64,000 nt of DNA from an uncultured Acidimicrobiia bacterium (GCA_964496205.1 CAZBXV010000001.1:30680-94679), one strand, 5' to 3'; numbered from the stretch's first letter, positions 35,668-45,351 are shown. Made by a program: numbers and translations. The notes: generated by a model from the sequence alone, not told the origin.

Positions 35668-36765
35668 TCAGGGTACCTGGTCGGTCGTCGCTTCAAGTGC
35701 CCAGCGCATCTCCACCAACGCATCCTCGTCGGTCTCGTGTTTCACCGCCGACGCAAGCACAGCCCTGCCCCACGTTCGTCGACCGAGCGCCCAGGCCGCG
35801 TGGACTCGAAGCAGCGCATCGGGATGTCCCAGATAGCCTGAAAGCAGGCCGACCGTTCCCGAGTCACCCACGTTGCCCAACGCAACGAGCGCATTGCGGC
35901 GCAGATATCGAGGATTCCGGCGTGGGATGTAGAAGTGGTCGAATCGGTTCAGCAGAGTGCGGTCTGCCGCTCGCAGGATCCAGACGAGATCAACGACGCC
36001 TGCACCCGACACTCCCGCCCGCTCCATTGCTCTCGATCCCGGAGGGCAGGCCTCCAGACAGTCATCACACCCGTAGATCCGATCTCCCATCGCCGCTCGG
36101 AACGGCCGCGGGATCACCCCCGGAAGCTGAGCGATCGCAGCCAGACACCGGCGGGCATCCAACACCCCCGGAGCGACAAGGGCACCCGTTGGACAGGCCG
36201 GCAGACAGGCCGTACATGTCCCGCACGATCGAACCATGGGCTGTGTCGGTTCCAGCCGGGCGTCTGTCACCAGTGAGCCGAGCAACACCCAGGGACCGGT
36301 GCCAGGTACCAACACCATGGTGTTCTTCCCCCACCATCCCACGCCGGCCCGAACGGCAGCTGCGCGATCGACGAGGCGGTTGTCATCCACGAGGACCTCC
36401 GCACGAGATCCACGACTTCTCATGGTCTGGGCGAGGTCGGCGAGCAACTCGCGAAGGGGAACATAGGCATCCTGGGTCGCGAATCTGGCGACCCGGCCCT
36501 GCCGCGACGTGCGTTGAGGGGGACTGGCAGGGTCGTAGGGCATGGCACACACGACAAGGCTCTTGCCCCATGGAAAGCTGGACCGGACGTCGGTAGCCCG
36601 TTCCGGATTCGAGTAGGTGAAGGTCAGATCTCCGGAGAGCCCCTCATCGACACGCTCCCGGATCGTGTCTCGAACGTCGTCGAACCGGTCGGCGACGGCC
36701 ACACCGAATCCAACGGCTCCCCGGCGCAGCGCCATCGAGCGCAGGTCATCAGCACGTTCCAGCAT
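35668..36765 (-). CDS. queG: Epoxyqueuosine reductase QueG.
   Basis: It has 4Fe-4S ferredoxin motifs (CGTCTACLPACPTGAL and CDDCLEACPPG) and C-terminal HEAT-like repeats (RRNALVALGNVGD...LRVHAAWALGR). The start MLERADD at 36765 avoids overlap with the upstream small ORF. Confidence 0.8.
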   Translation of the reverse strand: MLERADDLRSMALRRGAVGFGVAVADRFDDVRDTIRERVDEGLSGDLTFTYSNPERATDVRSSFPWGKSLVVCAMPYDPASPPQRTSRQGRVARFATQDAYVPLRELLADLAQTMRSRGSRAEVLVDDNRLVDRAAAVRAGVGWWGKNTMVLVPGTGPWVLLGSLVTDARLEPTQPMVRSCGTCTACLPACPTGALVAPGVLDARRCLAAIAQLPGVIPRPFRAAMGDRIYGCDDCLEACPPGSRAMERAGVSGAGVVDLVWILRAADRTLLNRFDHFYIPRRNPRYLRRNALVALGNVGDSGTVGLLSGYLGHPDALLRVHAAWALGRRTWGRAVLASAVKHETDEDALVEMRWALEATTDQVP

Positions 36766-36784
36766 TCGTCCAGCGTAGACGTGC

Positions 36785-36976
36785 TCATCCGGTGGCCTCC
36801 CGCCGCACCAGTCGAAGCGGCGGAAGCAACCCGACCGACGCCATCTGGCCAAGTGCTTCGGCTTCTTCCACATCCAGGTTCACAGGTCCTGCGCTTTCCC
36901 GGAGCAGGTAAGTGACCACACAGTCCTTGCACACCGTCGAGTGCTGCATGACGCATTCATCGCAACTGATCTTCAT
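36785..36976 (-). CDS. Small four-cysteine protein (putative zinc finger, 63 aa).
   Basis: MKISCDECVMQHSTVCKDCVVTYLL has CxxC-N7-CxxC. A GGAGGA RBS sits 5 nt upstream of the ATG. Confidence 0.5.
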   Translation of the reverse strand: MKISCDECVMQHSTVCKDCVVTYLLRESAGPVNLDVEEAEALGQMASVGLLPPLRLVRREATG

Positions 36977-37008
36977 GTGTCCTCCTTCATGGAGGTCACC
37001 ATACGAAC

Positions 37009-37033
37009 CGGGTGTGACAAAAAAACAGGGCGG
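37009..37033 (-). terminator. Canonical rho-independent terminator downstream of the NYN-domain gene.
   Basis: The minus strand reads GGGCG-TTTGGC-CGCCC followed by TGTTTTTTTG (plus-strand A-run at 37009-37015). Confidence 0.65.
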
Positions 37034-37132
37034 CCAAACGCCCAGCCCATACCTCGTGTCACGTGCGCGGCCAAGGTCGTTTGATGCCGCAGAGTGGCTG
37101 TACCGCTACCAGGTACTCGAAACGAAGTAGCC

Positions 37133-37162
37133 GGTAGGTGCCGGTTGTGACCGGCACCTACC
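37133..37162. other. Perfect 12-bp inverted repeat hairpin at the stop codon of the NYN-domain gene.
   Basis: ggtaggtgccgg-ttgtga-ccggcacctacc; the right arm contains the TAG stop (revcomp of 37158-37160). No U-tract follows, so it may be a processing or attenuation element rather than a terminator. Confidence 0.4.
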
Positions 37163-38360
37163 TTCTGAACCATTCTTCGACTGCTTGGCCCCAAAGGCAC
37201 AGCGCGTTGGAGGCGCCCTCACGAACCTCCCGGTCCGAACTCACGACCACCACGTTGCCCTCGGTCCGGGACGCTCGATCGATGATCTCTTCGTCGGCGA
37301 TGACGCCGCGTTGCGTGAAGTGGATATCGATCCCTCCCGGACCGCGCCCGCTCTGTCCACCCCCCGAAAGCGTCGAGTCGTACACGACCTCGAGGCGTAC
37401 CGGTGCCGTCGCCAGTCGTCGGACTCTGGCGAGTCGGTGGTTGAGATCTTCCCGAGACAGGGGCGGTGACCACCGATGGGCCACGTTGTAGCCGTCCACG
37501 ATCATCACGAACGGTTCGCCCTGTTCCAGAAGCCAGTCGATGGCCGCCCCGGCGTCCGGGCGGATCCCGACCGGCAGTGTCAGGCCCAAAGCCGGCGCGT
37601 CAGTGAGCATCTCATCGGGCACTGCGTCGGGTGTGGCGTGGGCCATGACCTGATCGAGCAACGTGGCGAGTTCGGCCGGACTCCGGGACGACCAGACGTC
37701 GGGTCGCGTTTCGTCGCGCTCTCCGGGCGAGGACCGTCGCGCCCTCAGCAACTCATCCCTGAGGAACGCAACCCTGTCGTCAGCTTCGGCGAGATCTGCT
37801 CGCGCTTGCTCCAATTGTGGCTCCAGCTCTCGCAGCGTCGACTCGGCGGCGAGCCTGCTTGCCCGTTCGGCACTCGATGCCTCGTGGACTTTGCGGCCGA
37901 GTTCCCCACTCTGGCGCCTCGCCTGACGCTCCGCCTCCGCCAGGTCGGCGCGGGCCTTGTCGACCCGTTCCTTCTCAACGCCAAGCTGATACTGAAGATC
38001 TGTCACCTGCTTCTCGAGCATCTCGACCCGAGTCGCGAGATCTCGTTCAGAACGTTCGCTCCCAGCCGAGCTGATGGTCTTCTCCCAGCCATCCGGGCGA
38101 AGGAGGAAGGCGGCCGACGCCGCGTCCGCCTGGGGTGCCTCATCGATCCCAGGCCACGCTTCGACAGCTTTCCTTCGGAGCCACTCGAACCGATCCAGAT
38201 CCCGGATGAGCGCTCCCGCGAGAGGCGGCGGCAGCCGGCGTGCCGCCGACGCAGCAACAGGACGCAGCGAGGCGGGTATCTGATCGTCGTCGAGGTCCCG
38301 GAGCGCCTTGCGTGCCGCCCTGAGGGCTGCTTCGATCACACGGGCCTCGTAGGTGGACAT
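37158..38360 (-). CDS. Coiled-coil protein with a C-terminal NYN/PIN-like (YacP-like) domain.
   Basis: The C-terminus (PFVMIVDGYNVAH...LEVVYDS...NVVVVSSDREVREGA) is NYN-like, and the middle (LEKQVTDLQYQLGVEKERVDKARADLAEAERQARRQ) is coiled coil. The ATG at 38358-38360 is 2 nt after the tricorn stop. The track N-terminus is an R-rich artefact. Confidence 0.6.
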   Translation of the reverse strand: MSTYEARVIEAALRAARKALRDLDDDQIPASLRPVAASAARRLPPPLAGALIRDLDRFEWLRRKAVEAWPGIDEAPQADAASAAFLLRPDGWEKTISSAGSERSERDLATRVEMLEKQVTDLQYQLGVEKERVDKARADLAEAERQARRQSGELGRKVHEASSAERASRLAAESTLRELEPQLEQARADLAEADDRVAFLRDELLRARRSSPGERDETRPDVWSSRSPAELATLLDQVMAHATPDAVPDEMLTDAPALGLTLPVGIRPDAGAAIDWLLEQGEPFVMIVDGYNVAHRWSPPLSREDLNHRLARVRRLATAPVRLEVVYDSTLSGGGQSGRGPGGIDIHFTQRGVIADEEIIDRASRTEGNVVVVSSDREVREGASNALCLWGQAVEEWFRR

Positions 38361-38362
38361 GG

Positions 38363-41300
38363 CTACCGGGGCAGCTTCGGCAACCGGCGGGTCGGCGGCT
38401 CTGAGAACACGGGGATCGAAGGCTGTTCCTGATCGATGATCGAGAGCACCTCTCGGATGGCGCCATCCATCTGAGGGTCCTTGCCCGCTGCATGGTCCTG
38501 CGGAGTGATCTCCACCACGATGTCCGGATCCGTTCCGTAATTCTCGACGTCCCAGCCGACGTCCTCGAACCAGTGCGAGAATTCGGGTTGCGTGGTGATC
38601 GTCCCATCCACCAACGCGTGACGGGGCCAGATACCCACGACTCCACCCCACGTGCGTGTTCCGATCAGCGGTCCGAGATCGAACAGCTTGAACGCGTGAC
38701 TGAAGATGTCCCCATCGGATCCGGAGTGCTCGTCGGTGAGGGCAACCATCGGCCCCATCGGGGCGTCCTCCGGGTACGAGACGGGCCTGCCATAGCGCGT
38801 GACGCCGTAGCCGATCCGTCGACGGGCCAGCTTCTCCAGCAGCAACTGCGATACATGGCCCCCGCGATTGTTGCGAACATCGATGATGAGACCCTCATGG
38901 TCGACTTCTGCTCCGTAGTATCGGTGGAACTCCGCGTACCCCCTGGGTCCCATGTCGGGGATGTGGACGTATCCGACCCGCCCGTTCGTCTCTTCGTGTA
39001 CCCGTGTGCGATTCGCCTCTACCCAGTCGCGGTAACGGAGTCCAAACTCGTTGCGAAGCGTGTCGACGACGACGGTGTGGGCCTTGCGCCGGCCTCTGCG
39101 GACTATCAGCCGGACGGGTCTACCCGCCCTGTCGACCAGCGCTGCGAAGGGTGATGTCTTGGCATCGACCCTGGTTCCCTCTACCGCGAGGAGCCGGTCA
39201 CCCACCTTGACATCGATGCCCGGCGCAGCAAGCGGCGACGATGCGGAGGGGATCCAGGAGTCGCCTATCGGAATCCTGGAGATTCTCCAGGCCCGGCCGT
39301 CGAACGTGAGATCCGCGCCAAGGAATCCCTGAAGCCACGCGGGCTCCGGTCGATAGTCTCCGCCCAGCTCGTACGCGTGCGATGTCCCCAGCTCTCCTTG
39401 TGTTTCCCACATGAGATCCGAGAATTCGGCACGTGAGCCGACACGGTCCACGAGTGGACGGTAGCGCCTGGCGATCTCCTCCCAATCCACTCCTGCCATG
39501 TCGGGAAGCCAGTACTGATCTCGCTGAAGACGCCACGCTTCGTTGAACATCTGGGGCCACTCTTCGCTCGGAGTGATCTCGATTTGGATCCGATCGAGCT
39601 TGACCCACCCCGACTCACGGCCGGGGTCGCCTGGCTTCGGCTCGGTCTCTTTGAAACCTGCGGGAACAACCCGGAGCTTCTTTCCGACACGAATGGCAGC
39701 AGTCTTGCCATCAGCCGACACCGAGAAGCCGGAGATGCCATCCATGACCGGCTCCACCTTGTCCTGGGCGAAGTCGTACGCTTCCAGCTTGCCCTTCGGG
39801 GACGACTCGCTGTCCATCCAATTCACGTCGAGTGAGCCCTCGATCGGACGAGAAGAAAACAGGACTCGCTTCTGGGCACCGAGCACGCGCTGATACCGGC
39901 CTTCCGGTACCGGGAATGCGACCACGCGATTCTCGATGCCCTCGAGGTCGATCTCGATCGGCGGCGGGCCGTCCTCTTCTTTGCCGTCGCCCTTGCTGTT
40001 GTCTTCGTTGTTGCCATTCGGCTCACCAGGAGCCCGAGGGGTGCGGGCGGTCGACGAAAACGGGGACGGAGTGTCGGCCTTCAACGTCAAGAGATGCGGT
40101 CGCGCCGCCTTTGGGAACCCGATGTCGAAGTACAGGCTGTCGTAGACCGGGTCGTAGACGCGCCGCGATATGAAATACAGGTACGCGCCCCCCGGATCGA
40201 AAGACGGTTCCAGGTCCATGAAGTCCGGGCGCGTCACCGGATGCAGGGTGCCCCTTTCGGTGTCGTACAAGAAGAGCGAGCATGTTCGTCTCGTCGTGAA
40301 CGCGGAGAACGCGACCCATCTGCCGTCGGGAGACCATGCTGCGCCTTCGATGCGGTAGAACGCGCTGCGGTACACCTCGGTGACAGAGCCGGATGTGAGA
40401 TCGACGATCAGCACCTGCTGCCGTTGATTGGTGATCAGAACCCGATCGGTCCCGGCCGGCGCGGCGGCCAACGTCACGGGCCTGCCCATATCGGCCTCGA
40501 CGATCCTCTCCCCGTCGTCGCCGAATACCAGCAGGTCCTCGTCGCCGTTCTGGTCGGTGGTTGCGACGAGTCGTGCGCCGTCCGGCAACCATGATGCGAG
40601 GCGGTATCGGACCCGCGAGCCTTCTCCGTAGGAAACCGGCGCCCCCTCCCAGAGTGGCATCGAGGCCACCGCCCCCCTTGCGGTGATCGCTATCGAATGC
40701 CCTTTCGGATGAAGGTCAACCGTCTCCACATACTTCGCCGCTGAGATGAATCTCCGGTTTCGGCCGCTGCGGGAACCGGGGATACGAACATCGAGGTGGC
40801 GTCCTTCTCCGGACCGAACGTCATATGCATACAGGTCGGCACCAGCGTGATACACGATGGTCCGTCCGTCGGTCGACGCGAACCGCGCATAGAAACCGTC
40901 GTGACCGGTGTGCCGTTGCAGGTTCCGGCCCGTGGGCGTGACCGAGTAAAGATTCCCAACACCCTCGTGATCAGACAGGAAGTAGATCCGCCCACCGATC
41001 CACATCGGCGATGCAAGGTTCCCCTTGATCAGATGACCGTCGGTGTCAACCAGTCGGGTGAACTCACCCGACCCATCCTTGTCGATCCAGAGCGTTCCGG
41101 CGGTCCCTCCTCGATAGCGCTTCCAGCGTGCAGGATCGTAGGTGTTCCTGCCCAGCACGACGCCGTTACCTCCGGGTCCGAACGCGATCGCGCGCGCCAC
41201 GCCGAGGTTCATTGGCTCGGAGCGGTCTCCATCCGTCGTGTGCAGGTGCATGTAGCCGGTGTGTGGCTGCTGGAAATCCGAGGCGACGATCAGACGTGAC

Positions 41301-41596
41301 GAATCCGGGGTCCATCCCGCGACCTGGGTCAGGGATCCCATCCAAGTCCATCGGCGGGCGGGGCCGCCACCTGCATCCATGACATACGCTTCTGGATGAC
41401 CTTCATCCCGGGCGGTGAAAGCCACCTTCGAACCATCCGGCGAGAAGCGTGGAAACGTGATCGATCCAGGGCTCGCTGTGAGCCGGCTGGCGCCCCCTCC
41501 GTCGAGTCCCACCTGCCAGAGGTCGTCTTCGCTGACAAAGACGACGGTGTCCCCGTGAACCGTCGGGTGGCGGTAGTAGCCGGACGCGCTAGACAT
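38363..41596 (-). CDS. Tricorn protease homologue (beta-propellers + PDZ + S41 peptidase).
   Basis: It is 1077 aa, with an N-terminal TolB-like propeller (YYRHPTVHGDTVVFVSEDDLW), a PDZ region and a C-terminal S41 region with a catalytic Ser (DEHSGSDGDIFSHAFK). The ATG at 41596 follows a GAGGAG. Confidence 0.85.
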   Translation of the reverse strand: MSSASGYYRHPTVHGDTVVFVSEDDLWQVGLDGGGASRLTASPGSITFPRFSPDGSKVAFTARDEGHPEAYVMDAGGGPARRWTWMGSLTQVAGWTPDSSRLIVASDFQQPHTGYMHLHTTDGDRSEPMNLGVARAIAFGPGGNGVVLGRNTYDPARWKRYRGGTAGTLWIDKDGSGEFTRLVDTDGHLIKGNLASPMWIGGRIYFLSDHEGVGNLYSVTPTGRNLQRHTGHDGFYARFASTDGRTIVYHAGADLYAYDVRSGEGRHLDVRIPGSRSGRNRRFISAAKYVETVDLHPKGHSIAITARGAVASMPLWEGAPVSYGEGSRVRYRLASWLPDGARLVATTDQNGDEDLLVFGDDGERIVEADMGRPVTLAAAPAGTDRVLITNQRQQVLIVDLTSGSVTEVYRSAFYRIEGAAWSPDGRWVAFSAFTTRRTCSLFLYDTERGTLHPVTRPDFMDLEPSFDPGGAYLYFISRRVYDPVYDSLYFDIGFPKAARPHLLTLKADTPSPFSSTARTPRAPGEPNGNNEDNSKGDGKEEDGPPPIEIDLEGIENRVVAFPVPEGRYQRVLGAQKRVLFSSRPIEGSLDVNWMDSESSPKGKLEAYDFAQDKVEPVMDGISGFSVSADGKTAAIRVGKKLRVVPAGFKETEPKPGDPGRESGWVKLDRIQIEITPSEEWPQMFNEAWRLQRDQYWLPDMAGVDWEEIARRYRPLVDRVGSRAEFSDLMWETQGELGTSHAYELGGDYRPEPAWLQGFLGADLTFDGRAWRISRIPIGDSWIPSASSPLAAPGIDVKVGDRLLAVEGTRVDAKTSPFAALVDRAGRPVRLIVRRGRRKAHTVVVDTLRNEFGLRYRDWVEANRTRVHEETNGRVGYVHIPDMGPRGYAEFHRYYGAEVDHEGLIIDVRNNRGGHVSQLLLEKLARRRIGYGVTRYGRPVSYPEDAPMGPMVALTDEHSGSDGDIFSHAFKLFDLGPLIGTRTWGGVVGIWPRHALVDGTITTQPEFSHWFEDVGWDVENYGTDPDIVVEITPQDHAAGKDPQMDGAIREVLSIIDQEQPSIPVFSEPPTRRLPKLPR

Positions 41597-41707
41597 GCAG
41601 TCTCCTCGATCGAATGAGTCGATGCTACGCGCCCTCCGGTTCTTGCGTGAGGAATCGGTCAGATGGCCGATCCGCCCACGCAAGAACGGGAGAAATGGTG
41701 GCCGAAA

Positions 41708-42613
41708 TCAGCTCGAGATGAAGCCGTTGGCGACGAGCCAGTCGTGTGCAACCGTCGACGCGTCTTCCTTGTCGATGTTGACGAGCTTGTTCATCTGGGA
41801 GAGATCAGACGTCGTGATCTTCGCCGTCACCGGATTGATGACACCGTCCAGCTTGTCCGTTGCCACGTCCGTCCTGACAACGGGAACGATATTGTCGGCC
41901 GGCTGGAGGTGCTTATCGTCGTCGAGCACGACGAAGTTCTCGGCGGCGATCGCCCCATCACTCGAGAACAAGAGGCCGACGTCGATCTCGCCACTCTTCA
42001 GCGCCGCGACCGTGATCGGACCACCTGTGTCGAGGGGCTTGAACTCCTTGAAATTCAGACCATACGTGTCCTGGAACCCGATGAGACAGAACGGACGATC
42101 AGGGCACTCGGGTGGCCCACCGAGCACGAGGTCGCCTGCAATCGGTTTCAAGTCACTGATCTTGGTCAAGCCGTATTTCGAAGCCGTATCCTGAGTGACG
42201 ACGAGCGCGTTCGAATCAACGGCCGGGGCATAGTCCAGCACCGTCACGCCCAAGGGAGCGAACGTATCGCGAAGCTTCTGGACCGTTGCGGCGGCGTCGC
42301 CGCTCGCCTCGCCGGCGCCGTTGTTCAGGTATTCGAGCGCTGTACCTGCGTACTCTGCGTACAGGTCTATCTCACCTGACACGAGCGCCGGCTCGACGAC
42401 ATCTCGAGATCCGAGCTCGAACTTGCGCTCCACCGTGAATCCGTTGGCTTCCAGCGCTTGCGCGTAGATCTCACCGAGGATCTCCTGCTCGGTGAAGTTC
42501 GTTGATCCGACTTTGATAGTGGTAGCGCTTCCACCCGATCCGCATGAGACCATGACGATGGCCATAGCCACGAGGATCGCCCCGAAAACGCCGCTGCGAC
42601 GCGTGATGTGCAT
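41708..42613 (-). CDS. Glycine betaine/choline-type ABC transporter substrate-binding lipoprotein (OpuAC/ProX-like).
   Basis: It has a signal peptide with a lipobox (AMAIVMVSCGSGG) and an OpuAC-like body. Confidence 0.8.
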   Translation of the reverse strand: MHITRRSGVFGAILVAMAIVMVSCGSGGSATTIKVGSTNFTEQEILGEIYAQALEANGFTVERKFELGSRDVVEPALVSGEIDLYAEYAGTALEYLNNGAGEASGDAAATVQKLRDTFAPLGVTVLDYAPAVDSNALVVTQDTASKYGLTKISDLKPIAGDLVLGGPPECPDRPFCLIGFQDTYGLNFKEFKPLDTGGPITVAALKSGEIDVGLLFSSDGAIAAENFVVLDDDKHLQPADNIVPVVRTDVATDKLDGVINPVTAKITTSDLSQMNKLVNIDKEDASTVAHDWLVANGFISS

Positions 42614-42726
42614 GGGTACCTCTCTCTTGTCTTCCCTGCCCGAAACCCTGGATCGGGTGCGTCTCACCCTAGAGCATGCCGCCAAGTATTTCGTTGGCTC
42701 TCGGAATCCTTTAGGGATTCGTGAGG

Positions 42727-43452
42727 TCACGTCCCGAGGCCGGCCCGAAGCGTGTCTTGGTCGATCAATCTCGAGTGGCTTCGTATCCCCGGCGACACCG
42801 CGAGTCGTTCGATCAGCGAAAAGAGCCCCTCGGTGGCAATCGACAAGCCGGCCACCATGAGTGCACCAGCGAACACCTCAACGTAGTCTCGGATGGAGAT
42901 TCCGTCGATGATGTAGCGACCGAGACCTCCCCCACCGATGAGGGCGGCCAGCGTTGCTGTCGCGACGACCTGAACAGCAGATACTCGAACGCCGGTGATG
43001 ATCACCGGAAGTGCCATCGGGATCTCGATTCTGCGCATCACCTGGCGTTCGGTGAGGCCCATTCCACGGGACGATTCGACCATGGCAGGGTCCACCTCGC
43101 GCACACCCGTGTACGCGTTGGTGAGCATCGGTGGCAGCGCAAGCAGGAACAAGGCGGCGAAGGCAGGCCAATAGCTCAGTCCAAGGCCAAGGCGGATCGA
43201 GAATGGGAGCGCAAGCACCAACACAGCGAACGATGGAAGCGCCCGGCCGACGTTCGCCACAGAGATTGCCAGGAAGGCCCCGCGCTTGCGATGCCCGAGC
43301 ACCACACCGATCGGAATGGCCAGTGCTGCTGCGAGCGCAACGGGCCACACCGTGAGTGAGAGGTGCTGGAAAATCCTCGCTGGGACGCCCGTGGAGCCCT
43401 GCCAGTTGGCCCCATCGGCGAACCACCGGGCGACATCTGCGAGGAAGCTCAC
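42727..43452 (-). CDS. ABC transporter permease (OpuBB/ProW-like), second permease.
   Basis: It has TM helices and the permease EAA-like loop (ESSRGMGLTERQVMRRIEIPMALPVI). The GTG start at 43452 overlaps the first permease's stop as GTGA. The 483-aa track ORF fuses two genes. Confidence 0.8.
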   Translation of the reverse strand: MSFLADVARWFADGANWQGSTGVPARIFQHLSLTVWPVALAAALAIPIGVVLGHRKRGAFLAISVANVGRALPSFAVLVLALPFSIRLGLGLSYWPAFAALFLLALPPMLTNAYTGVREVDPAMVESSRGMGLTERQVMRRIEIPMALPVIITGVRVSAVQVVATATLAALIGGGGLGRYIIDGISIRDYVEVFAGALMVAGLSIATEGLFSLIERLAVSPGIRSHSRLIDQDTLRAGLGT

Positions 43453-44123
43453 GAGATCGCCGCCTTTCGCCGTGCCCACGGGGTGAGTGCTCGTTCGAGC
43501 AGTATCAGCAGACCGTCGAACAGGAGGGCCAACACCATCGAGAGGACAGCCCCCACCACCAGCGGTGTGGTGAACAAGCGGTTGAGTCCGTCGAGGATGA
43601 GCTGGCCGAGACCCCCGTAGCCGATCAGCGCCGTGATGGTGACGAGCCCGATCGTGGTGACGGTTGCGATGCGAATGCCGGCGATGATGACCGGGAGTGC
43701 CATTGGCACCTCGATGTCGAGCAGTAGCTTGCGGCGTGTGTATCCCATCCCCAGAGCGGCCTCTCGGATGTGCGTTGGTACGCCGTCGATGCCGGCCACG
43801 ATGTTCCGTATGAAGATGAGCAAGGTGTACGACACCAGGCCGATCTCGGCGGTGGTGATCGAGAGTCCGGTGACAGGAAGCAGCATGACGAACAAGGCAA
43901 GGGATGGGATCGCATACAAGACTCCCGCTACCCACGTGATCGGGGCATAGGACTTCCTGTAGCGGAGCGCAACCATCGCCAGCACGAGTGAGATCGCGAA
44001 CCCGACGCCCAGTGCGATCCCCGTCAAGACGAGATGCTGAACGACCTTGCTCCAGATCAGCCCGAGGTGCGACCACACCCAGTCCCAGCGGATGAACGGC
44101 TCGGACGTCTGAGCAAATATCAC
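43449..44123 (-). CDS. ABC transporter permease (OpuBB/ProW-like), first permease.
   Basis: REAALGMGYTRRKLLLDIEVPMALPVIIAGIR is the EAA loop. It overlaps the ATPase stop by 4 bp. Confidence 0.8.
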   Translation of the reverse strand: MIFAQTSEPFIRWDWVWSHLGLIWSKVVQHLVLTGIALGVGFAISLVLAMVALRYRKSYAPITWVAGVLYAIPSLALFVMLLPVTGLSITTAEIGLVSYTLLIFIRNIVAGIDGVPTHIREAALGMGYTRRKLLLDIEVPMALPVIIAGIRIATVTTIGLVTITALIGYGGLGQLILDGLNRLFTTPLVVGAVLSMVLALLFDGLLILLERALTPWARRKAAIS

Positions 44124-45211
44124 GACAACAGCGCCTCGTTGAGCCGTTCGGCAGTGAGCATCCCCAGATAGCGATCACCGTCGACCACGACCGCTACCTG
44201 TGTCTTGGAGGTGACGATCGCGTCCAGCGCCTGGCGGAGGGTGTTTGAACGTTCGAGTCGTGCCGAGAAGGGCTTCGGTCTGAGATCTGCAACGGTGTCG
44301 TGTCCGTCGAGATCCGCTATCCATATCCATCCCAGCATGCGGCCGTTGTCGACAACCCCCACCCAGTCGGTTCCCTGCTCACGTGCGACTGCGCGTGCCT
44401 CGTAGCCAGACGAGGATGCTTCAACGATCGCGCCCGGTTCGAGCACGACGGTGTCGACTGCGATGAGTGACAGCCTGCGAAGACCGCGTTCACTTCCGAG
44501 AAACGCCACAACGAAGTCACCGGCCGGCGCGCGCAGCAGGTCCTCAGGCGCCGCGTACTGCTCGAGTACCCCACCCACATTGAACACAGCCACTCGATCG
44601 CCCAGGCCGATGGCCTCATCGATGTCGTGGGTGACGAACACGATGGTCTTCTGGAGCCTGGCCTGAAGGATTTTGAGTTCCTCTTGTAGGCGGGCGCGAA
44701 CGATCGGATCAACCGCCCCGAACGGCTCGTCCATCAGCAACACCGGAGGGTCGGCGGCCAGGGCCCTCGCAACACCGACTCGCTGTTGCTGTCCACCAGA
44801 CAGCTCCGCCGGATAGCGATCGGCAACCGAGTCATCGAGTCCGACGAGCTCGATGAGCTCGGACACTCTCTCCTCGATACGGCCCTGATCCCAGCCGAGC
44901 AACCCTGGGACCGTCGCGATGTTCTCGGCGATGGTGCGATGCGGAAACAGCCCGATCTGCTGGATGACGTACCCGATCGATCGGCGAAGCAGGTGGGGCT
45001 CCTGGGTCGTCGATGGCACCCCATCGATCCAGATCTCACCGGATGTCGGTTCGATCAACCGATTGATCATCTTGAGTGTCGTGGTTTTGCCACACCCCGA
45101 AGGCCCTACCAGTACGACGATCTCACCCCGCGGGATCTCGAATGAGAGATCTCCCACCGCCGGCGTCGACGACCCGGGAAACGTCTTCGAGACGTGTTCG
45201 AACCTGATCAT
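44120..45211 (-). CDS. ABC transporter ATP-binding protein with a C-terminal CBS pair (OpuAA/ProV-like).
   Basis: It has Walker A (GPSGCGKTT), the signature (LSGGQQQRVGVARAL), Walker B (LLMDEPFGAVD) and C-terminal CBS-like domains. Confidence 0.85.
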   Translation of the reverse strand: MIRFEHVSKTFPGSSTPAVGDLSFEIPRGEIVVLVGPSGCGKTTTLKMINRLIEPTSGEIWIDGVPSTTQEPHLLRRSIGYVIQQIGLFPHRTIAENIATVPGLLGWDQGRIEERVSELIELVGLDDSVADRYPAELSGGQQQRVGVARALAADPPVLLMDEPFGAVDPIVRARLQEELKILQARLQKTIVFVTHDIDEAIGLGDRVAVFNVGGVLEQYAAPEDLLRAPAGDFVVAFLGSERGLRRLSLIAVDTVVLEPGAIVEASSSGYEARAVAREQGTDWVGVVDNGRMLGWIWIADLDGHDTVADLRPKPFSARLERSNTLRQALDAIVTSKTQVAVVVDGDRYLGMLTAERLNEALLS

Positions 45212-45351
45212 GAACACCGAGCCTAGGTGGAGCCACCCCGTTCTTGCTTTGCCCGCGGCCGCCTATCCCCTTCTTGGGTGAGAGAACCGTGACATGGCTA
45301 CCTCTTCACGTCCGAAGCGTGGGAATCGGTCTAACGCGGAAAGAGGTGACA

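Noticed and set aside
38363-41683. Longer tricorn start (MRGRIGHLTDSSRKNRRARS...) and longer NYN start (37158-38651).
   Set aside because: The N-terminal extensions are R-rich and lack an RBS. The internal ATGs follow GAGGAG or 2-nt spacing and begin the conserved domains.
42727-44178. 483-aa ORF in the opu operon.
   Set aside because: It reads through two separate permease genes. The second permease starts at the GTG at 43452, overlapping the first's stop, and the upstream part is an R/H-rich alternative frame.
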